The translations under genes and the position numbers were made by a program. A stretch of DNA of 64,000 nucleotides from the human T2T-CHM13v2.0 reference genome, Homo sapiens. Shown piece after piece: positions 54,981-64,000 of this stretch. Location of the stretch: NCBI RefSeq assembly GCF_009914755.1, contig NC_060933.1; one strand, given 5' to 3'. Every line of letters starts with the position of its first letter. The stretch's first letter is position 1. The notes beneath the pieces are model-generated. The model was not told the origin of the DNA, ran no database searches, and saw only the letters and a list, made by a program, of their open reading frames with translations.

Positions 54981-56659
54981 CAGTGAGTGCTTCCTAGTCA
55001 ACCTCTCAAGGCCCTAGATACACTTGGGGTCTTTCCTGCCCTTATGCCAGGAGCTGTTTCGCCTTTACAAGCCCACCTCCTTTGACTTGAGCCACCCTCA
55101 GTGCGGTTGCTTCTGAAACCTGGAGGTTTAGGGCTGAGGTCAGCCCCAGCCTGGGTTCCTGGGGCTTGGCAAGGCTGCAGTGTTGTGTGTGTGTGCATGC
55201 ATGCATGTGCACATGTGTGTACCTGCGGTGGGAGAGAATGGGCAGATCATGACAGAGGGAGCCAGGCAGGCACGATGGAGATGCAAGCCAGACACACGCT
55301 TTCCCCTTGGTGGGTGTGGCCTTGAACCTCAGCGTTTGCCTGCAGTTTCCGCTACACGAAGCTCTCAACAGCAGAATGTTTGAAATGAGCTGTTCTGGGA
55401 ATGTGTTTCCCAGGCCATGCATTCCCGAAGCAGCATTATTTATCCTGTTCCTTCTCAGACCCACTTTTCATTTTGCCTCCCGATCTGGCAGCTCCAGAGG
55501 TGTCAAAAAGAACAGGTGGAAGAGGAAGGGATTCTCAGATTTGCAGGACACGGCGGCACGCAGGGGCTATGCTACCACCGACTGGAGCAGAGTCACGCGA
55601 GCTCAAGCGCTCATGGTGCCACTGGTTTGCTAGGTGACCTTGGGCAGGTCAATGAACCCCTCTGGGTCTCCGTGTTCCCATCTGTTGAGAGGGTTAAGTG
55701 AGGCCTAGGACAGGCCTGTGAGGAAGCGAGGGGCTGGTGTCATGGGTGTCATGCCACACATCTCCTGCTGAGCCCAGAGACACCAGGAACTTGCTTCCAG
55801 GGAACAAACATGGACTAAGTCACAACTGCCATAAGCTGGTAGCTTCTCACTTGGAGAGCGAAGGAACTCCTCGGTTAAATAAGATCTGAAGCCAAAGCGA
55901 ATGCATGAAGGGGAAAAGGCAGTGGGGTGGTGAGGAGGGGCTGAGGAGCCAGGGCACCTCCCAGCACTGTGGGGAGACCTAGCCTCTGGCCAGGACCACT
56001 GTGGGGCTCTTGGGAAGAGGATTTGGAGGTCCAGAGTCCATGTGCCCCTGCCCCCACCCTAACTTGGCTAAACTGTTGGCATATTCTGTAACGCTGTTGG
56101 AGCCTCGGCTTTCTCATCTGCAAAATGAGGATGATGACAGCAGCTGGGTCCTGTGAGGGCAGCTGGGACAATTCAGTGTGCTATTGTATCTGAAGCCTGG
56201 CACACAGTAGGTGTGCAAAAAATAACTCCAGCTGGTGCAGAGAAGAGGGCTGTTCAGAGAGGAGACTGGGATGATGGGACCTGCCTATACCTGTTTTAAA
56301 TAAAATTTTTTGGTCTTTTTTCTTTATGCAAGCCATTCATTCCACAAGCTTATACCTTTTTAAGTGCAGCCTCTAGGCCGAGAGAGAGCAGAGTAGCCTG
56401 AGGGGGAGAGGTGCCCAGAGTAAAAGCCCCTCTCCTGGCTGTGACCTTTGGCGACCCTTCCCCTGCAGGGCCCTGGAGCTCACCTCTAAAGGGAGGGGTC
56501 GAGCCAGCACACCTGGAGGTCCCTCCAGTCTGAAGGTTTCCATAGGTCCCCTCCCCGCCTCCCCCACCTCCCTGCTCTAAGAGGGAGCCTGGAGGAGAGC
56601 GCCGGTGGGGGAGGAGGCTTCTGGCTTCCTTCCACCCAGCCTTGCCCTGGGGTTCCCGA

Positions 56660-57050
56660 GTACCTTGAATTCATTAGCGGCTGCAGCTCTGAGCGTTGAT
56701 TAAAAAGACGCTGGTTTTTTTAATTCCTTCTCTTTTCCCCTTGGTTCTTTCCCGGAGCAGTGATTTCAATTTGCAGCCGGCTCCCTCTGGGATGGAGGGG
56801 AGGGTGGGGCTGGGAGCTTGGCCGTGACTAGCTGGGGGTGGGGGCGGGGGTGGGGACCTGGGCAACCTCTCTTCCCTTTCTCTGCTCCTCTCCTCCCTTC
56901 TTCTCCTCCACGCCCCTGGCTCCCCCTATACTCCCCCTCCCTCAGTTGCAGGCCAGGATTTGACACACCTGCAGTGCACATTGATTGCCTGATTAAGGGA
57001 AGATTGATTGGTCCCTGCTGTCATTAGCATATAGTTAGCGGTGACCCCTC
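56660..57050. promoter_or_regulatory. Putative enhancer
   Basis: Non-repeat sequence with TGATTAA x2, GATTGATTG, CTGTCA, and a central G-run block. Confidence 0.35.
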
Positions 57051-57384
57051 TGCTTGGCCTCCAGCCTGCGCTGACCTGAATGGCTCCAACAGCTCAACAG
57101 GAAATGGGAACTCGGCGAGAGGAGGGGCTGGCCTGGCCTGGTCTGGCTGTCAGCCCTGGGCCAATAGGGGACCCCTAGGGCCCTGGACCTTCCAAGGGGA
57201 TCAGTGGACTATCTTCCTTTCTTCTGAATGGGGAGGTTGAATGCAACGCTTTCTAAGTGAGAAGAGAGTTGTGCAGCCTTACCTCCCCAAACCTGCACCA
57301 TCTTTTCCCAACCCTCCCAGCTCCTCCGCACACCTTGGACTTGAAGCGCCTTTAAGCCGAGCTTTCCTCTCCTTCTCGGAGACT

Positions 57385-57686
57385 TTTTTTTTTTTTTTTT
57401 TTTAAAGAGACAGGGTCTTGCTTTATTGCCCAGGCTGGAGTGAAATGGAGTGAACACGGCTCACTGCAGCCTCAATCTTCTGGGCTTAGGTGATCCTCCT
57501 GCCTCAGCCTCCTGCGTAGCTGGGACTGCAGGCGTGTGCCACCACACCATCTAATTTTTAAGTTTTTTGTAGAGACTGGCTCTTGCCAAGTTTCCCAGGC
57601 TGGTCTCAAACTCCTGGGCTCAAGTGATCCTCCCGCCTCAGCCTCCCAAACCGCTGGCATTACAGGCGTGAGCCACCGCACCCAGC
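57385..57686 (-). mobile_element. AluJ
   Basis: Full dimer. Confidence 0.9.
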
Positions 57687-60314
57687 TTCTCTGGGAGACT
57701 CTTGCTTTCAAAGCACATTCACTCTGGTTTCCCACAGGGAGAAGCAGCCAGCTGCTGGGTGTGTCAGGAGGTCCAGGTCCTCTCTTGGGCTCTCATAGCT
57801 CCTCCCTAGGCCACTCGCTGCAGGACTTGGGATTTTTTTGTTGAATGATTGTCTCCCCTTTGAGTCGCTGAGGGCGGGGAACCTGCTGTATCTGTATCTG
57901 TGGCCCAGCACAAGCACCAGGGGTTAGAGTGCATATCTCCCCCTCCCTCCCCATTTCCAGGGGAAAACTATTTTGAAACTGTCAAGAGTACGTAAAACTA
58001 GCTCTAAACACTGAAAGGGAGCCACAGTTCTATTTGCTTGGTGGCTGCAAAAGGTCTAGTTTTTTCCTAAAGCAAAACCCAGCAATGCCACTGCTCTGCG
58101 AGGGGTCGGGTGGATGACCCCAGAGCGCCGGGTCCAGCTGAATCTCCCAGCCACGCCTGCTGGGACGGTGAGGTCGCTGCAGGTGGGAGCTCCTGCGTGG
58201 GGCTCATTCATTCTCTGTCCTCAGAACCCCACCCTGTGCAGATCCTGTGGCTGGGGCCTGGAGCGGGGGCACACCTTGAACACAAGCTTTAGGGTCATGT
58301 TTGAATCTGGTTCAGTCACTTAGCAGCTTTGTCACCTTCTGCAAGCTCACCACCTCTCTGAGCCTGATTTTCCTCCTCTCTGAAATAGGATGACAATAAC
58401 TATCCTAGAAGGATTGCTAAACGCTTTGAGATAATCTATGTGCACAGCACATAGTAGGCACAAAGAAAAGGGAAAAGGAAGACTAACGTTTGATGTTTTC
58501 ATGCTGCCATATTATGGTTTGCTTATTGGCCTCCTGAAAGCATGTTATTTGAAAACAAATATAAAGGATATTATAAGCTCTATCACCACATCGGAGACGC
58601 CTCATTCATCCCAGCACCACTGCTGGTGCCTGCACAGTGTCAGGGACATGGCAGGTGTGCAAGAGATGTTGGGTGAGTTGATGGATTTTGGACTCAAGGT
58701 GCTCTGGGGCCCTGCGCAGCGCCCCTTGACAGGGTGCCTGGCTCAGCCCTGTGGGCTGAGATCCCTTGGCCAGGGCTTTTAGAGGATGACAACGATGGAT
58801 GAAGTCAAGCCTAGGCAACCCCTCCAGCAACTCTGAAGGGAGATTCTCCACCTGGCTACAGTGAGGGGAGCGATGGGCCCGTGGATGGCAGTGGGGGACC
58901 CACAAAGGGGTTGGGAAGGAGATAAGGTCTGGTGAGCATCCTTTGGTCAACAAGAGACAAACTGTACCCACTGGGCTGAGCAGATGTCCATGTCCCCAGC
59001 CACATGCTGAAATCCTGGGGAGGTGGAGCTCCATGACACCAGTAGCCTCCTGGGCAAGGTCACTTTGAGCTCAGGCCATGGGTGGCCCCGTGAGGATGGC
59101 CGTGGGACACCCTTTGATCTGGTCCAGCCTGCTGGTGGGCACACAGGAAACCTCAGGACCCAGGAAGCAGCAGTTCTCGGGTATAGGAATGGGGTTGGAG
59201 GGTACCCTGCTGCAATGCCCAGGATATAGCAGCCTCTGGCAGGGCCAGGCAGAGCCAGGCGGTGCGAGCCAGGGGGGCGAGGCAGTCCCAGCTGGCTGGG
59301 CCAGAGAAGCCTTCCTGCGAAGTCGCAGCCCTTTGAAACTGACTAATAAGGTTTTCTTCCCTTTCTAAGTTGAATGAGTCAGGAGCTTCATATAGGATCC
59401 CATCTGTCTGCTCCATCCCTGCCAGTTGGATTCTAGGCCTCTAGCCAATTAAAAAACCCAAACTAGCTTAGTGGGAATCTGCTTGACTGGTTTGGTGAGA
59501 GCTCTGTTTTCCCTCGGTGGAACAGAGGCCTCTTGGCTGCCCTTCTGGGTCGTGCCTGAGAAGGAGTCTGGAATCCTGCAGCCAAGGAGCCGGGATGGCT
59601 TGAATTAGGACCAGGAGGTGGCAAGCTGCAAGGAGATGGAGCCCAGCTACACAGAGCAAAGACGTCGTTCCCCAGGCTGTTCATCGCTGGAGCCCACCGC
59701 ACTCTGGGTCTCAGTGCTTGGCCAGGCGTCGGGGAAACTCAGCTTGACCGGGATGTCTCCCCCGCGGTGCTCCAGGCCCTCGAGGACTCAGTGCTGACCG
59801 TACCTGGAATGAATGAACATGTGCCAGGCGGGGGCAGGGGGATCTCATCACCAGAGCTGGTCACATACGGGCTTTCAATCCCTCGCTCACACCACAGCTG
59901 GCCGGTTGCATGGGACAAGGCCCCGGGATTCCCTGAGGCTGAATGAGCTGGAGCTGCCGGAGGTGTGGGCAGGACGGAGGGTGGGTGGCCTGTGTGTCAC
60001 TGGGATTAGGCTTCCTGGGCCATCACCTGCTTCTCCTAGGAGAGGGGTGACAGCGTGAGGCTCAGCAGGGCAAGTGCCACCCAGAGGCCAGATGCAGCAA
60101 AAGAGTAAGCAAAATCCCTTGGGGGTAGGGTGGGAAGAGTTGCTGTAAAACCTGTGCACTTTGCTCAGACAGGACTGTTACAGCTATGAGGAGAAACGAA
60201 GGTGTCTGCAGCCAGCCCGCAGCAGAGCAGACGAGCTCTTGAGCAGGCACCTGCTCCTGTTAGGGGTGGACCCTTGGTAGCAAAGAGACAACAGCTGTCA
60301 ACAAAATAAATGAG

Positions 60315-60865
<551 letters not shown>

Positions 60866-62741
60866 AATTGCCAATAAATTCCAATGTTTTTAGGATCAGG
60901 CCCGCCATCCTCACCACGTTCCATCATAGCCTCATCTCATGCCTCCCTGTCTGGAGCCACTCTGACCTGGTTCCCGGAGCCCTCCGTGCTCTGCCTCCAA
61001 CCCCGAGGGCCTTTGCACTCACAGTCCTTTCTGCACAGTGCTCTCTCCTCCCTTACCTCAGCTGCTGGCCTCTCTCTATGGACACCCTGGGGATCGGATG
61101 TCAACCCCAGCCCTCCCTGACCCCGGGGCCGGTCCACGCTGCTTCATCCTGGGTTGTCACCAATGCTCACCCCTTTCCCTCAGGGCGAGCTTTGAGCCTT
61201 GAATGCCACCCGGTCTCTCTAAGATTGCTTGATTCATGCCTCGTCTGCCCCACCTGACTGTAGGACCCACTGGAACAGGGATGTCGTCCCCCTTTGTCAC
61301 TGTTTTACCCTGAGCCCAGCACAAGGCTTGGCTCATAGAGGCTCCCACGAAACTGTTCTCACCTGAGAGTGACCCCGAAAAGTTCAGGACACTGGCATGG
61401 AAAAGGCGACTGCTTCTCACGAGGCCAGAGTCCCTGACTTGGAATTCAGCAGTTTAGAGAGGGTTTCCAGACCCAGCCTGAATTCACATTTTCACTCTGG
61501 CGCCATTGGCTGGCTTAGCGGGGACCTTGAGAAAGTTGAGTTAGCTCTCCGAGCAGGTGTTGTCACCTATTCCTTGGACAGGGCAGGGGGAGGAGTCGCT
61601 GAGATGACACAGCACACAGAGCCCTTGGCACAGATCCTGGCACAGGGGGTGCTTAGTGGCCGGTGGTGGGGGAGGCAGGGCAGCGGTTCTGAGGCCTGGA
61701 CACCTCTCATCTCTGGCTAGGGGTCAGGTGAGGAATTTTCCCTGGCTGCCCCAAAGCAGCAGCTGCCCGGAGCTGGCAGGGCGGGTGAGGCCCTGCAGAG
61801 ACCTGGAAGGCGTTCGGGCCACGGGCTGCAGGCACGGTTGGCAGCAGCGGCTCCGCTCCAGCCTGGTGACCTCTGCGAGGAGCTGCCTCTGCTCCCCTCT
61901 GGCCACTCTCTGTCCACAGCCAGTACAGCCTTCAGGAAGAACGAGGAGGACTGGAGTCCCCACAGGACGTCAAGCCCTCCCTGTGCCCGGGCTGCCGGCA
62001 CCTGCCCTGAGCTTCCGCAAGACTGCCCTTTTCCCCTCATCAGACCCCGATAAGATACCCAGCTGCACGTTAACCAGCCGCACTGTGTCCAGTGGCTCAC
62101 AGCACTGGAGACTCAGTTTCCCCAACCCTCATCTGTAAAGTGGAGATAAGAATTCCTGCTGGATGCAACGAGAAGATGTTTATAAAATTGCCTGGCACAA
62201 AATAAGTCCTTAATAACGCTAGTTCCCTTCTCTGTTCCCTGTACCAGCTGCTTTTCCCCTGAAGTGCTCTGTCCCCTCCATTGTAGAAGCAGAAGTCTCT
62301 CCCTAGTTTTGGGAACGGATTTCAAACTCCTTCCCACAGAAGAGTTGAGGCACACAGTGGGTTCTCCCCAGTGGGAGGCGGTATTCATTAAAGAGTAGGC
62401 TTCGGCCAAAGATATCAGGCAATGATGGTGATATTTCAGGCATTGAGATTTTGAGGCTGGGGCCGCTCTGCCCGTGAGTCACTGGCCTCTGACAAAGGAT
62501 GAGGTGGCAGGAGGAGGTAGCCAGACCATGCGATGAGGCGTTCAGTCCCAGCTTCTCCACTGCCTAGCGGTGTGACCTTGGCTGGGTCTCCTGACCTCTC
62601 TGAGCTTCCTGGTCTGTAACATGTGGGTAATAATCAGTGGTAATTCCCACCTCCCAGGGGTGTGCTGGGGATTACGTGGGCTCTTCCTGCAGCACAGGGC
62701 TGACCCATGGCAAGAGTTCAGGGCGTCACAGGTCCTGCCGT

Positions 62742-63028
62742 TGTTTGAGACGGAGTCTCACTCTGTCACCCAGGCTGGAGTGCAGTGGCAAGACCTCAGC
62801 TCACCGCAACCTCCGCCTCCCAGGTTCGAGCCATTGTCCTACCTCAGCCTCCTGAATAGTTAGGATTACAGATGTGTGCCATCATACCCAGCTAGTTTTT
62901 GTATTTTTAGTAGAGACGGGGTTTCACCATGTTAGCCAGGCTGGTCTTGAACTCCTGACCTGAGGTGATCTGCCCGCCTTGGCCTCCCAAAGTGCTGGGA
63001 TTACAGGCGTGAGACACCGCACCCAGCC
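62742..63028 (-). mobile_element. AluS
   Basis: Dimer with a very short tail. Confidence 0.9.
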
Positions 63029-63493
63029 CTGCTGTTGTTTTTCTTTTCATCACTGACAGTTGGCAGTGTGTTTGGCCAATTCATCAGCCCCAAACCCTCC
63101 TCCCCAGCAGCACAGCTGAGGGAACGCAGCTCAAGGCTTGGGGAGGTGCAGACATTTCCAGAATGCTAACAACCTGATTTCTTTGAGAGCACACCTCATG
63201 TTTGGCCTTGGACTGGCTAGCTGTGTTGGTGGCTGGGTGGGCTTCCAGCTTGGGGAGGGAGGCCCCGTGAGGCCGAGGGACCCCAGCAAGACCACTGTGT
63301 CCCAGAACCTCTGTTTGTTCATAAGTGAAGCTGCTGTCTCTCTGGGCTGCCTGGCGCTCTCGAGGGCCTGGCCAGTGAGAACAGAGAAGCCCAGGCCACA
63401 GCATCAGGGATGGGGCTGGAAGTGGAGAGGGCTGTGAGTGGGAGGCCTTTGGACATGCAGCATCTCAAGGCCATGGGAGGGTAGGGTTTCCTG

Positions 63494-63553
63494 GACCTGC
63501 CCGCAGGGGAAGTGACCCTGGCCGACCTGCCCGCAGGGGAAGTGACCCTGGCC
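63494..63553. repeat. Perfect 30-bp tandem duplication
   Basis: gacctgcccgcaggggaagtgaccctggcc x2. Confidence 0.95.
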
Positions 63554-64000
63554 ACCCTGCCGCTCAGTGTGGGCGCTCCTGGCACTTCCCCAGAGGTAGC
63601 TTCTTAGTGCTGTTAGGTGGAGGGTGCTGGGAAGCCGGTCCAGGCCCCCCAAGCACAGACTGAATGGGTTGCCTGGTTCCCCAGGTTCCTGAACTGGGGG
63701 CAGTGGGGCCACCTGGGTTGATACCTGGGAGGAGGGACCCCCCTGCTGCCAGACCCCAATAAGGGGAGCAGGGCTCCGCCAAGACAGCTGAGAGCGCCAG
63801 GCTGGAGTGGGACTCTGAGACAGAACTGGGCAAGAAAGCATCTCTGTCCCCAGCTCTCCTGCCCACAGGAAGCAGAAAGGCAAGAAAGCCCCAGTGATGT
63901 GGAAGAGGCAGGCAGGAAGGTGGGGGAGACCCCTGCCCTGGCCAAGGCATGAGTGAGGGAGGGGGGTGGCTGTGTCCCCATCACACTCCATCATAGCCAG

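Noticed and set aside
60074-60087. Reverse CTCF-like motif CCTCTGGGTGGCAC
   Set aside because: Two core mismatches; too weak without binding data.

Overview
Primate, almost certainly human, genomic DNA with the repeat content of an Alu-rich intergenic or intronic region. It holds about 45 Alus, old L1/L2/MIR fragments, several MaLR/ERVL solo LTRs and hAT MITEs. I can support no intact protein-coding exon: nearly every ORF in the track derives from Alu, L1 or low-complexity sequence. The only host-gene-derived sequence is a minus-strand retrocopy at 31368-31861, inside an L1 and flanked by a 15-bp TSD. In order it carries the 3' half of the H/ACA snoRNA SNORA67, the unspliced rest of its host intron, the last two EIF4A1 exons spliced together, the 3'UTR and a poly(A) remnant. 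It is therefore a fossil of a snoRNA-retaining or snoRNA-led polyadenylated EIF4A1 RNA. Several rearrangements can be read directly from the sequence: (1) a ~1.1-kb inversion (29555-30648) that split an Alu, an L1 and a MER102; (2) an Alu at 49 kb that carries, inside its TSD, 71 bp of flank from another Alu 38 kb away; (3) an inverted MST piece inserted into an MST LTR; (4) an Alu-Alu unequal-crossover duplication; (5) a 621-nt polypyrimidine tract grown from an Alu tail. A small CpG island at ~11.3-11.7 kb carries a divergent pair of CTCF motifs. Repeat family names and the SNORA67/EIF4A1 identifications come from recalled consensus sequences, not searches. Repeat boundaries are approximate.
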